DNA of 64,000 bases, from contig OX337233.1 of assembly GCA_946965045.2 (NCBI GenBank), forward strand, positions 2,418,001-2,482,000. The letters are read 5' to 3'. The translations under genes and the position numbers were made by a program. Origin of the DNA: Epithemia pelagica (lineage: Eukaryota; Protista; Bacillariophyta). The number at the start of each line of letters is the position of its first letter. Within the stretch, counting starts at the first letter, position 1. Below, in pieces: positions 24,515 to 36,232 of the stretch. Below the pieces are notes generated by a model. It made no database searches. It was not told the origin of the DNA and was given only the letters and a program-made list of their open reading frames with translations.

Positions 24515-26903
24515 ATGGCGTCCAAGAAGATCACTGTTGATGGCGAGGAATTGATACTCGCCAGTCAAGAGGAATACAAGGACTATTTGAAAGATGAGAA
24601 GGTAAAGTTCTTGAAAGATAGCAATGGGATAAGAATAGGCGGCTTTGCATCCCTTGAGAACAACGGCACGTACACATCGTGTCCACCCAGAATTCGACCG
24701 CCGCAGCAGCAGCAAGTAAGTTATGTTTGTGTTTGATGAATTGAATTGAATCGAATCAAATAGAATGATTTTTCATCAACGAGAGCCAGCAGCGATAAAG
24801 GATTCGAAAAGATACTAAGCAGCAGGTTCGTTTTGCGTTAAGCGACAACAACACGGTGATACAAGTAAGAAGCGAAAAGCGGCGGCATTTGATGTGAGGA
24901 AATACAATTTCGTGGACATTGTCAATTTTTCCATCAATAATAAAAAAGACAGGAAACTTTACGAGCGGGATAAAGTCCAAGAACAAGTTCTCAATGGTAC
25001 AAAGTGGATAGAAGGCAATGAAAAAGCACTCAGCGTAACACTGTGGTCTGGTAGGGGCAGTGGGAAAACTTCTTTGTTGCGACAAATTGCCCTCGAATCA
25101 GACGAGCTCAAGCCACAACGTGACAATGGGCGTATTATTATCGAGGATTGCAAGATTTTGGTTGGAATTATCGACGAGCTTCGGAATGATCACGATGCAA
25201 TGGAGCGAGTCATCCCTGTACTTGTGGTTTTCCACCTCTGCAAGCTATTTGGTGGTTCGACGGTAAATGGAATTTACTTTTCTAAAATGCCTCAGTTTCA
25301 GAAGTTGTGGTCTGGTGGGGAAGGCTTGTCATCATCTCTGAGAGAGTACTTGGAAATGAATTCTGTGGCCGCATACGACTTGTGGAAAAACTGTACCGTG
25401 TCGGTTTTTGGCAACAGCTGCACAGACGTGCGGCCAATAATTCTTTTGGACTCTGCTGAGGAACTCTGTGTTCCTAACAATACGCCACAATCGCCAAGTT
25501 ACGAGGAGCGTAACGATGGAGTTCCTCAAAACCTTCCACGATTACACGGAGACAATACAAGTGAAGTAGAAGAAAAAGATCAAGCCAAATACATTTTGTT
25601 GGAATGGCTCATGATGAAGGTCCCCTCTGGACATGCCTTGATTGCTTTTGGGACAGGAGCAACACGAAACTTCCCACGACCTAAAACATATCAGGCTCAT
25701 GTCATTCACTCACCTATCCAGCCCCTGCAAGCCTTATCAGAGATTTCGGTCAGGGAGCTTTTTTCCCAATACCGACAGAAACGAGAATCGGAGTTGTCAA
25801 AGAAGGATGAACGGGAAATTCGACTTATACTTGCAGTTACGGCGGGAGTTCCTCGTATGGTTGTGACGGCATTCTCCCAAAGTGGTTCTCAACTGCCAAG
25901 CACAAAGATTGAAACTTGGCAAAAAATGGTGGCCTCATTTTACAAGGAGACTTCTGATCTTACCAAAACGCCTAGATCAACACAATGTCTGGCAAAAGCA
26001 ATCCTTGTATGTGCAGTGTGTGACATTGCTTTAGTCAATGAGTCAGAGGATAGTGGTCAAACATGGGATTGCGCAACAATTCCTGGTGAAACTATGAAGT
26101 GGGAGGAGCTTCTTTGGGATTCCGTTCTGTTTATGTCTGGACCACAAGGCTATTTGCGAATTCCACGACTCTTGTGGAGCAGCAATTCAACCACACACAC
26201 CAGGTTGCAGGCTTGGGTCAAGACAAACTGTAAGTTTGAACTAGACGATCTCATGCCAACACCCAAGCAGCTGTATGAAGCAGCAGGTTCGGCTGCGGCC
26301 ACAAGTAGTGGAAAGGCATGGGAAAAGATGTTCGCAAGCATTCTCGTTGCACGGTTCTTTGTGTGCTGTTGGAAGGCCGATGAGGACCCCGCAAGTCATT
26401 TCATTTCGTTGAAAGAGTTGGTACCTCAGCACGAGGAGAATGTTGACAGTATTCTCGATACGGTCGAAGTTTGCCTGTCGAATGGCATTGTTGCCGGTGC
26501 GACAGAAGTTTTAGCGGATCCTTCATTGGTGGAGAAAGACTTCCAATGGAACGCAATCCATGGCAACTGGAACATTCATAATGCCCACCACGACTTGATC
26601 TTACCGGTAAGACAAAAAGGGTCCGAACAGAGCCAACAACTGTGGGCAATATCAGCTCGAAATGGACATCACAAGACAGCGAGTGATCTCGAGAAAACAC
26701 AGCAGCTCTTGGTGCGCAAGGAAAGGGACGCAGATGGTAATGTTGCAGAAGTTGATGTGCTGATTCAGGCTGTAAATCCACGATTGAAGTCGATCCAATG
26801 CCGTATGACTGGAAAATTTAGGAAAATGATGGATCAGAAGCGATACGCGGAAGTGAGTATCAAGGAGGGGCATTGTCACCACGTCCTAGGTTGCTTTGAT
26901 TAG
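24515..26903 (+). CDS. Crinkler/CR-effector-like protein: short N-terminal header + P-loop NTPase + REase-like C-terminus, 2 exons
   Basis: Exon 1 24515-24715 (GTAAGT donor); exon 2 probably from 24843. Walker A SGRGSGKT, Walker B IILLDSAEE, STAND-like TAGVPR, then GKAWEKMF...HHDLILP...WAISARNG (PD-(D/E)XK-like). Confidence 0.6.
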
Positions 26904-27890
26904 AGCGAAAAAAGCTAGATAAGTTAAAAAAACGACATAGCAATACTTTCAAAACGCCCAGATTTGCAAGGCTACTCGCAGTTCAGTGAATCCGGCAGTA
27001 ACTCTTGAGATGCTCCAACCAAGTCATGTTTTGTTATAGGACGTCCTTAGCAGAGCCTCCACAGCATTCAACACGAGTGATCGCGGTTCACCTTTTAGCA
27101 ACTCCACCTCCGTTTGCAATAAGATGCCATCGTTGACGAAGCTTTTTCGCACTTGGTACCTGCTAACCACTCTACCTACCCAACCCGTTCTGCTCCTTGG
27201 TCAACCTTTGACGTGATAAAGTGATACCACAATACGAACGCGAGAGAATAAAGACCCTTTTCTCTATCCTTACATACCCAATTGAGCAAGACAAGGCATG
27301 CAATAATCTTAGCACAATGATGGTGGACGTCGTGCATGATGTTCATCAAACGACATCAAACGACATCTACCAAATCCTCCGACATCCGTGACTCTGGATG
27401 TTTGCCTCATATCGAAAGAATCTGTATCTAGTATAATCATATCAGAGGTATTACTGTGTGATAATGAAGAAATGAAACCGGATGTTATATCGTGACGATA
27501 CTCTGAGTAGTAGAAAGATCACCTACGTTTTGAGTCCATCACCGGAAGTTGCTGTAGTACTACCTGCTCCTAGTTTCACAATGATTATCTACATTGAAGA
27601 AATTTGAGTAATGTGTCGTCATTTGTATGTTCCATCTTCTTTCCAATAAGCATATACGTCTACCTAGCCATGTCTGTGCCAGTATTAGCATCCATCTAGG
27701 GAAATGGGAGGAGGATCGGCATCAGAGCAAGAAAATTTTATGTTCAGTTTCAAAGAGGGTGAGTGAGAGTGAAGAGTCGGCCTTCCTTCAGAACGAAGGA
27801 TAATCACACATGTCATCTGTCTTGCGTGCAACGATATGGTACGGTGATGTGTCGGTCACTATCTCCGCACCACAAAGTAAGATGCAGGCC

Positions 27891-29729
27891 TTAAACTTTC
27901 TTAACCTCCACAGAGATTAAGAAGTTGCCGTGAGGAAGTCTTCTGCTTGGCTCAGTATCTGTCATGCCTTTAACTTCAACTGCTAACTTCCCTGGACCTT
28001 GAATATCATCATCTATTTCAGTCATGAAGGGCGTTGGCTTCTCGTCACCAAGAATGGGCGTGTATACATTTTGGTTGGACCGAAAGATCTTTTTGCTCTG
28101 ACCAATTAGCTTGCCTTGACATGTTACAGACACCATGGCAGCTGTAGTGGACCTTGTGTATATGCGTACCCTTGCGGTTTCTCCGGCTTTGAGTACATAG
28201 AGCATCTCCGCCTTTTTCATTTCGGTTTTCTTGACGTGCACCAATGTTGAGTAGAACTCGCGATTCTCCCCAGGTCTTCGGCAACGCTCACGGATGGAAA
28301 CATCAAGAGAAGGGCTTGTGCCTCCAAAGTCACTTGGAATTTCAGATGAGTCGACCAGCTCTGCGAGTCGTCGTCGACCTCTCTCAGAGCTGGCATACAC
28401 CTCAATCTTTCTGGATGTTCTGCTGTCAATGAAACCCTTGATGATCTGCCATGCCATGGCAAACCATGTTGGCGCATTCATTATTATCATGCAATGCAAT
28501 GTTTCAGGGAAAAACTCAACAATTTTTGAAACACCCCTCAAACACTCAACAGCTTCGCTTGTTAACTGGTTGCTGCTAACGCCCTTCAAGTCGACCACAT
28601 TGATGGATTCGCAGCGTACAAAGTCAGGATTCCGTTCCTTGGCAAAAATCATGTTTTCTCTGAATGTATAGTAAAATATATGCCAAAAGTAACGAGTGCT
28701 GACTTCCGGTGAAACCATCGCAAGCAAAGCTTCTGATTCTAATTTTCCAGCTTTGAAATAGTTCACAGGACAGCCATTCTTAGCGTTGCCATGATAGAAG
28801 TAAGGATAGTGTTGCAGAAACAGAACAAGAGGAACCCCCAGAGCTGAATCAATGTCTCGGTGGAAATCGTGGGCTTTCGCGTCTTCCCATTGATCCTGGA
28901 TGTTTTCCAAATGGTCCAACACTCTCTCTGCATCAAATTTGTGTGCACGCATGTAGCGGCATATTGTGTAAGGCTCTTGTTCTATTCCTTTCATGGAGTA
29001 CACAATATCATAGAGATTTCCTTTTCTTCTATGAATTTCGCGATAAAACAACATACACTGTGCCAGCTCTTCCTCTGTGAGTTGACCAGGGTACCCACGC
29101 TCTTTAACGTTGGTTGCAATCAAGTCATCCCCATCAATGTACGCGCCACGACGAAATATATTGAAGGCTCGTCGTGATGAATACCTCCAGGATAATCGCG
29201 TTCGAGGTTCCGTATCCGCAGAGAGTATCCGTGGAGGTGATAACGGGGGTGATTCCAGTATCACTCCGGACTCACTCAGACGACCATCCTCATCTATTCC
29301 TTCGCCCTCTGCAGGATTGGAGCGAGCATCTTCAAATAAGTCAGCATGCCACTCGTGCGCGTCTCGAAGCATCGTCTCTGGTTCTTGCAAGGAAACATTT
29401 TTAGATTTCGCCACGTAGGATGTTGTTATGACAGGGTATTGGTCCTCTTCCACTTGACTTTCCACCGCATCAAAGAAAACAAGGTCGATATCACCATGTT
29501 CCACTCTGATACCATTCTCCTTTTCATGAGAGTCATGAAATATTTGGGTGGATCTGCGAACGACTTCTTCTTGGACCTTGTGTAAGCCGTCTGGTTCATC
29601 ATCGTTCGGCATCAACGGTGAACATTCTGGAATCTCTCTACTTCGAACGCCAAATCCGAAGCAGGTGCAGCAAACAGCAACGGTTGTGTCGGGATGGTTA
29701 CCATTGCTCTTTGCTTGAATGTCCGTCAT
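27891..29729 (-). CDS. CRAL-TRIO (Sec14-like) lipid-binding protein
   Basis: ICRYMRAHKFD, HYPYFYHGNAKNGCPV, VVDLKGV, FPETLHCMIIMNAPTWFAMAWQIIKGFIDSRTSRKI. Start placed at MTDIQAK (29729). Confidence 0.88.
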   Translation of the reverse strand: MTDIQAKSNGNHPDTTVAVCCTCFGFGVRSREIPECSPLMPNDDEPDGLHKVQEEVVRRSTQIFHDSHEKENGIRVEHGDIDLVFFDAVESQVEEDQYPVITTSYVAKSKNVSLQEPETMLRDAHEWHADLFEDARSNPAEGEGIDEDGRLSESGVILESPPLSPPRILSADTEPRTRLSWRYSSRRAFNIFRRGAYIDGDDLIATNVKERGYPGQLTEEELAQCMLFYREIHRRKGNLYDIVYSMKGIEQEPYTICRYMRAHKFDAERVLDHLENIQDQWEDAKAHDFHRDIDSALGVPLVLFLQHYPYFYHGNAKNGCPVNYFKAGKLESEALLAMVSPEVSTRYFWHIFYYTFRENMIFAKERNPDFVRCESINVVDLKGVSSNQLTSEAVECLRGVSKIVEFFPETLHCMIIMNAPTWFAMAWQIIKGFIDSRTSRKIEVYASSERGRRRLAELVDSSEIPSDFGGTSPSLDVSIRERCRRPGENREFYSTLVHVKKTEMKKAEMLYVLKAGETARVRIYTRSTTAAMVSVTCQGKLIGQSKKIFRSNQNVYTPILGDEKPTPFMTEIDDDIQGPGKLAVEVKGMTDTEPSRRLPHGNFLISVEVKKV

Positions 29730-30723
29730 GGTGATTGTTCCAAGACGATGTGGTCTCCGGTACCAATTCCCAGGAGCCCAGAGGTTAAAACGAGCGGACA
29801 GGAGATGTTGCCCACTGAAAGCTCTATAGTGATACACAACTCATCGTGTTTGTACTATAAAGAGTATAGTGGATATTCCGCTTCCCATATGACGTTGTGC
29901 ATCCTGTCTCCTGTCCTTCGTTTCTGCACGCCACATGAAAAAAAACAACTGCCATCCGAAAAAGAAGAACAACACGGTTGTTGTGCCAACTCAAAAATCT
30001 GGTCTTTCTGTGGAGCCCTCCGCATTCACATTTTTCACATTCATTACATGTAAACGGTCGCACACACTCCATGGCGGTGCGCTGAGGGAGTGGCAACTGC
30101 CAATTGCCTGCTGCTCAAACAAAATGGGGGATCAACCGCAACAGCATCTTGTCTTGTTCATTTCGCGGCGATTTACGTACTCTGCACGGTGGAGCCCATC
30201 TGATCAAGTCCTGCTGCTTGTCTACATCTCATCTTCCCACTTTTGTGACGAAGCAACGAAAACTTCACTTGTCTGCTTCAATCCTTTTTTGATATTAGAT
30301 ATTAGACGTTAGATGTCCTGAAATACCGTCACTCCATCACCTATGACGTCTGTTTGATGCTGACTTTCGGCTTTCTCATCGGCATCTACCGGGCTCATGA
30401 ACGCGTTCATTGCTGAGCTCGTTTAGGTGACAACTTTATCTTGAAAGTTTTGTGTGCTCGTTCTCATCTTAGCTGCGGCCAACTCGGAACTAGAAGCGCT
30501 ATCAACTTACCAACACCATGGACAACCTACTCCCTGAGAAACAATGTTTCCGCCGTTTTCTAGATGCACAAACAAACGTGATTCACGAAACCTAGCTAGA
30601 GACGAAGAAAGGGACTTCATAGAAAAAGACGTCGCTACTAACACGCTACACGCACACACTACGACTCAAAGAAAAGACATTAGGAATGATCTTTCATGAA
30701 CAACAGTTCTCGGCATTTTGAGC

Positions 30724-31293
30724 TCATTCTTCGCCGCCGCGCTCCTCCATAGTTTCGGCGACGGCGGGATCAACAGTGTCGCCACGACGGATAGAGTCAA
30801 TGGCAGGGCAGTCAGGGGCAGGGGCACAGCAACCACATTTCGGGGCACAGGAGAGGCAGAACAAAGCACAAACACACTCATCCATGTACGCAGGAGTGTT
30901 GGGGCAAGATTCGACAGCAGTGTAGCAAAGACACTTCCTGTAACCAGCGCAAAAGGCTTTCCGTGCAAATAACAAACAAAAGTCAGTGGAACGATACTCG
31001 AAATCAAAAGCAACATCTCAACACTGCCATTGCCTCAATGCCTTCTTACCTCGAGGGGTTACAAGTCCGCAGTCACAGCAGAACAACCCGATCTTGCAGC
31101 ATTCCCCCTTTTCGGAATCTCCAACACAACCCACACCGCGGGGTTTGACACCCGTCGCAAGGCAACTGGAACTGCGGATGCAAAGACAATCACCTCCACC
31201 ATGACAAAGACAAGCAATATCTTGGAAATCACAGGCTTCGAAGCAACAAATGCATCCACCCATGACGCAGGGCTTTCCATTAGTAGACGACAT
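30724..31293 (-). CDS. Small cysteine-rich protein (158 aa, 28 Cys), 2 exons
   Basis: Exons 31293-31050 and 30956-30724 joined by GTAAGA...AG; CxCC/CC/CxC clusters throughout. Confidence 0.75.
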
Positions 31294-31344
31294 GTTCAGA
31301 CCTTGACAACGAGAAACGGCAGAAGGTGGGACAAAGAGATCTTT

Positions 31345-31475
31345 TTTATGACAAACGACGTGACAAGGGGAAGGGTTAAAGGGATAAGCCCGACCACTCG
31401 ACCAATAGCGCTACTGGTCGAGCGGTCGGGCTTATCCCTATGACCCTTCCCCTTTTCAAAAGATAACACTGGGGG
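31345..31475. repeat. ~130-bp palindromic unit, copy 1 (inverted copy at 33390-33500)
   Basis: Arm aaggggaagggttaaagggataagcccgaccactcgacca pairs with tggtcgagcggtcgggcttatccctatgacccttcccctt (3 mismatches in 40 bp). Confidence 0.85.
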
Positions 31476-31603
31476 GGCCACATTGGTGGACACTGCCCCA
31501 GGAAATCTCCGCCCCTCCTGGAAGGGACTCGCGCTAATTGGTTACCGATGTGGCCCCCTTAATGTGGTTCTTTGGCGCCGAATCTGCGATACCTCATGCT
31601 CTA

Positions 31604-33296
31604 CGAGCTCCATCAATCGATATGGGTAACCGTAGTGGCCCGTGCTTCACGTTTCCGATACTCGGTTGAACTTCCGGCCCTACGAGATTCACTACACCAT
31701 ACATTTTCCTAAAGTAAAATGAATTGCCCTCATACTCTTGCACATTTTGTTGCGAGATTCTTCTCACCAACTGCACCCACACCATCACCATGGTGAGGCG
31801 GCGCTAGCACAATAATCAACCCGCCTCCTCTACGAGTATGCATATAAACAGCTACTAGTACAGAACATCTATCTAGCTTAGTACATGCTTCTCTGTGTCG
31901 TAGGTCGTACAATAGGCAATCGTTTCGGTGTTGAGTATGGTGCTGCTGCCGTGCCGTGGTCGCCGAATGTTTTGCCGTTTGGCCGAAACGAGCAGTTGAT
32001 TGTTGAGTATGTCATTGTCGTCGGAAGTCGCTGTCGTCGCTTGTCGTTGTCGCCGCTTGTCGTTGTTGTCGCTTGCTGTCTTGTCGCATGCCGTTGTCGT
32101 CGCTTGTCGTTGTCACCGCTTGCTGTTGTTGAAGGGCACAGTCTCGGGCAGAGGGTTCGGTGACAGCGAATAGTTGATTGTTGCGTGGGGGTTGTTGTTG
32201 TTGCCGAGTGTTGTTTTTGTTGTTGTTTGTTCATCCGTTCGTTCGTTCGATCAGTGGCGGTGAGTAGTTGATTGTTGTGTTTGGATTTTTGTTGTCGCCG
32301 ATTGTTGTTGTTGTCGTTCATTCGTTCTTTCGTTCATTCGATCGATCAGCTGTGACATCGTCGCCGATTGTTTCGCCATTTGTAGTTGAGCCGCTTGTGG
32401 TTGTCGTTGTCGTCGCTTGTTACCACCAGTGGACGAGGCTTCGATTTGTTGGGTGAGGGCAACGAAAAGACGAGGAGTTGATTGTTTCGTCGCAAGGTAG
32501 AAGAAGGAGGACGACCACACCATCTTGTCGCCGAGTCTTGCCGCCGAGTGTCGTTGTCGAGTGTTGTTGCCGAGTGTTGTTGTTGTTCGTTCGGTGGCAG
32601 CGAGGAGTGAGTAGTTGATTGTTGTGTTTGGGTTTTGGGTTGTTGTTGTTGTTGCCGAGTGTTGTCGACTCGCAAGGCTCTTCGACCACCGCCCATCAGC
32701 TTCACGGCATCCCCTCCTTCTTCCACTCAAATTGTGCTGTGGGAATCAGCCGCACCACCGGCACCACCATCGTCTGTCGCAGTAGACGCAGTCCTTCCAC
32801 CCACGGTTCACGTTTGTTTTGTCTGGACAAATCAGCTTTTGTTGCGTTTGAGCCACCAACGGTCGAGGCTTTCCAATGTTGTGCTCGGTCTATAAAGTAA
32901 CGAGGAGTTGATTGCTGCATGCGGACGTATGATCGGTGACTTGCTGGATGCATTCTATCGGTTGTCGTCGTCTTCTTCTCAAGGTCACTTCCTCTGTTTC
33001 GGATGCCAAATAAGGAAGACTTCAAAACCTTGCCGTCGGTCCATAAAAAAAGCCAACTCATCCCTGCCCGCCCATTCCCTCACGGTACACTTGATTCTTA
33101 GGCATCCTTGATGGTCGCAAGAGAGCTGGCACCTTTCGTTGGAGGTGCACACCGGCTTGAGTGTGTCATGGTGGTGTTACGCAGTGCAAAATGACCGTAG
33201 TGGTGTCCCTACGAAGTTAGAATCACTGTAGAAAAAACAGTGGGGGTATGAAAAGCACGGGCCACTACGGTTACCCATATCGATTGATGGAGCTCG
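31604..33296. mobile_element. Non-autonomous TIR element, TA-flanked (Tc1/mariner-like), with low-complexity interior
   Basis: Perfect 44-bp TIRs CGAGCTCCATCAATCGATATGGGTAACCGTAGTGGCCCGTGCTT at 31604-31647 and 33253-33296; TA on both sides; no transposase ORF. Confidence 0.75.
31900..32700. repeat. Degenerate GTT/GTC-rich minisatellite
   Basis: Recurrent agttgattgtt and gttgttgttgccgagtgttgt units. Confidence 0.8.
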
Positions 33297-33389
33297 TACT
33301 GGCGTACTCTTAGGCTTTACAACGTCAGTCGCTACCAAACTCTACACACTCGCTACAAATTTGCTTTTCCACAGGGACTCGATCCTGTG

Positions 33390-33500
33390 ACCCCAGTGTT
33401 ATCTTTTGACAAGGGGAAGGTCTATAGGGATAAGCCCGACCACTCGACCAATAGCGCTGCTGGGGCTTATCCCTATAACCCTTCCTCTTGTCACGACGTA
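33390..33500. repeat. Palindromic unit, copy 2 (inverted, with small internal deletion)
   Basis: ccccagtgttatcttttga...cccttcctcttgtcacgacg is the reverse complement of 31345-31475. Confidence 0.85.
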
Positions 33501-33615
33501 TTCAAGTCAAGTTGCAGCAAAAGACCCACGGTGGTCGGTGTAACTTCGCACTTTGACTTTTTCTTTGTTCTTTGAAAGTGACAGCAATCTGTAATCTGTC
33601 GCTGGGTAGTATTAA

Positions 33616-33789
33616 TACTTCCCGGTGTTGAGTCCTTTCAAGGAGGGACCGCCCGGCGCGAAGGGTAGAATGACGAGGAGGGCAATGGTCGAGGAGGGCG
33701 CACGCCCGACAAGACAATTGCCCGTCGAGTCATTCTCCCGCCAAGCCGGGCGCGCCCGACGCGAGAGGACGGCCAGACACAGGGAAGTA
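33616..33789. other. GC-rich imperfect fold-back (~175 nt)
   Basis: Nested complementary pairs: tacttcccggtgt/acacagggaagta, gtcct/aggac, cccggc/gccggg, agaatgac/gtcattct, gggcaat/attgccc, gtcg/cgac, gggcg/cgccc. Confidence 0.7.
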
Positions 33790-33842
33790 GTAAACTTACT
33801 CCCTATCAAGCTGTGTAGGTAGTGAGAAATTCCTGGAAGCCA

Positions 33843-33882
33843 TGTCACAAAGTGTCACACAAGTGTCACACAAGTGTCACAC
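33843..33882. repeat. 11-bp tandem repeat (AAGTGTCACAC) x ~3.6
   Basis: Directly visible. Confidence 0.9.
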
Positions 33883-34698
33883 ACGAGAGGGAAACCGCGC
33901 GACTCGCACGAAACTACTTCCCGGTCGTACAAAAAATTCCTACTGTTGTATAAAAATGTGAGACGAACTACCTACACAGTCTGGTATGGAGTTAGTCAGT
34001 CCTTTCGCGCTCTCACTCGATGCCCGATAAGACAACACTCTCAAATCAACAATAACACATTAGTAATTATAACCGACTCTGGGGGGGGTTCGATCCCCCC
34101 ACCCATAATCCCAAAGGGAGGGATCCGGAATCGCTCCATGGTCGCGGAATACCGACATCCGCATACCATGTCCACCGCGTGCGAGTGTACCTCGAACCCA
34201 GGATCCTACCCCAAGCAGGCATTGCTCACAAAATTGGCAGTCACGAGTCACCCACGAGTCGCAATGGGCAATGGCAGCAACTACTCACAAAAACAAAGAA
34301 AGCAGAAAAGTTCGAAAACAGAAGAGTAGGACGTGTGTGATATACTACAACTCCTATGAGTAGGATGTCTCGCTAGAGGCTTCGTCTTTTGGTTCTCAGG
34401 TCTCCATCCTGCATAAGACTGGTTGCATCACATCATGTTTGAAATGCACGAGTGGATGTGTCCTCTTGCCTGCTTTATGGTTCGAAACGCAGTATGAATT
34501 CTTGCTAGGAGTAGCAGTCACCCGTCTAGAAATGCGATTAACTTTAGCTCTCTTTGACCTATTTAATGGCGAATGGGGTGTCTACATCACAATCATTATA
34601 GTTTACATATCTACGCTTCCGTAGTTTCCAGAGGTGGCCACAATGAGATTAAGGTGAGAAACAAATCCGGGGTAGCCGCCAAATGGGACGCGGTTTGA

Positions 34699-35496
34699 TC
34701 AAGCCATTTGGCCCCCTTTGTACTCCGTTTCAGAGAGCTCAACCGTTCTAGTCGGCCGTTCGACAGCACCACTCGGCACGTGTCGGTCTGCAAAGGCAGA
34801 AAAAAGCTTGACCCGCCGTTCGACACAACCACGGAGTTTGTGTGATTTCGCTGCACCCTTCTTTTGACCTACAAAGACTGCAAACATGGCAGTTCCAAGC
34901 GCGGCCATAGCCACAGCTCCCATTAGTGCAGTTACTTTTTGTTTCTCCAACGCGCTCACTCTTGTGGCGGAAGAGTTCCCACTTCCATTGCTGTTATTCA
35001 TTCCGTAATCGCCCTTCGTCGAGGCATACCCGCCGTTGGTCCCACCATTTGTTCCGTCATTCTCATTACCGCCTCCGCCGGTAATAGTATCTATCATCTT
35101 TTGCCACCACTTTTTCCCGTTGTTCCCTCCCGATGGATTGTAACTGTTGTCAGTAGAGTAGTCGGTTCCGTCGCCTCCATTGGAGCTACTTTCATGGTGA
35201 TGTCCGGGTTGGGGAGGTGGATGGTGATGATGGGGAGGGTGAGCCACTTTTCACATCAACGACGAATAGATTGTAAGATTACCCTTGACAATTAAGTTCC
35301 AAATCCGACATGAAAACTCACCTAGCACGGCAAGCAGCGATAAGAAGTCAGGCATTCGTCTGTGCTTTTGTTGCTCCAAAGTTGGTTTGCGGAGATTCAT
35401 TCTTGCAGAACCCTCGTCTGAGGCCTCTTGCTGAGCATCTGCAGACCATGCAAAAAGCGCTAGGCAAACGAAGAACAGAGTCGATAGTTTCATCAT
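34699..35496 (-). CDS. Small type I membrane protein (His/Pro- and Gly/Asn-rich ectodomain), 2 exons
   Basis: Exon 1 35496-35322 encodes signal peptide MMKLSTLFFVCLALFAWSADA; GTGAGT...AG intron; exon 2 35246-34699 with TM ALMGAVAMAALGTAMFAVFV. Confidence 0.75.
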
Positions 35497-36232
35497 GGTT
35501 GGTTTGCGTTCGTTGTTGCGTTTGTCGTGTATATTGATGATGACTTATGAAGAATGTTATCTACGATAGCCAAATCAGGACCCAATTCGAATGTCACATG
35601 CTCCAAAAGAGTACTCTGGAGTCGAACACCAACAACGTCCCGTCAACAATGGAGCGAAATCCGACTGCCAACGGCTCATTTTTTGGAATAGTATCCGGAA
35701 TATATTACTCGGAGATGAATAAATCATTACATGGCTTCCAACCGCACCGAAATTTATAATACAGTGAGAATCGTACAGAAATCCATACCCGTTCAACAAT
35801 TTTGAAAGCGGGCCCCGCCATTTCCAGTCTTGTAACGACCACGAGCGCAGATACTCCCACCAACACAACACTTTTTCCTTCACATCTTTTGCAGGTTTGG
35901 AGTAGGGAAAAGGAAAGTGCGGATCACGGATGGTAACTTGTCAGGAACTGTGGAATGTAGATGGAGCGGATTCCGTAGAACGATTCGAGTTCCTTTCGAA
36001 CGAAACAAAGAGTGAGAAATCTGGACATCCGGGAGCAGAAGTTTCGATTACCATTAATTATTCAGAGGCAGGGATTCGAGGTAGTAGGCAACAGAAGTCC
36101 TCTAGATCTAATGAGGACAATCGTGAATGTTAATAACTTCACTGAATGCTTGTTCATGGAACTTGGGCTTGCGCGATCGTTGGAATCACTAATCAATTGA
36201 ACAGCTGCACGCTGGTCAATTGTTTCGTTCAA

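Noticed and set aside
31878-32730. Q/T/N-rich ORFs on the - strand
   Set aside because: Translations of the GTT/GTC minisatellite inside a non-autonomous element.
34081-34107. GGGGG-TTCGATC-CCCCC, a perfect tRNA T-arm / B-box look-alike
   Set aside because: No acceptor, D or anticodon stems upstream on either strand, so it is not a tRNA; at most an isolated hairpin.
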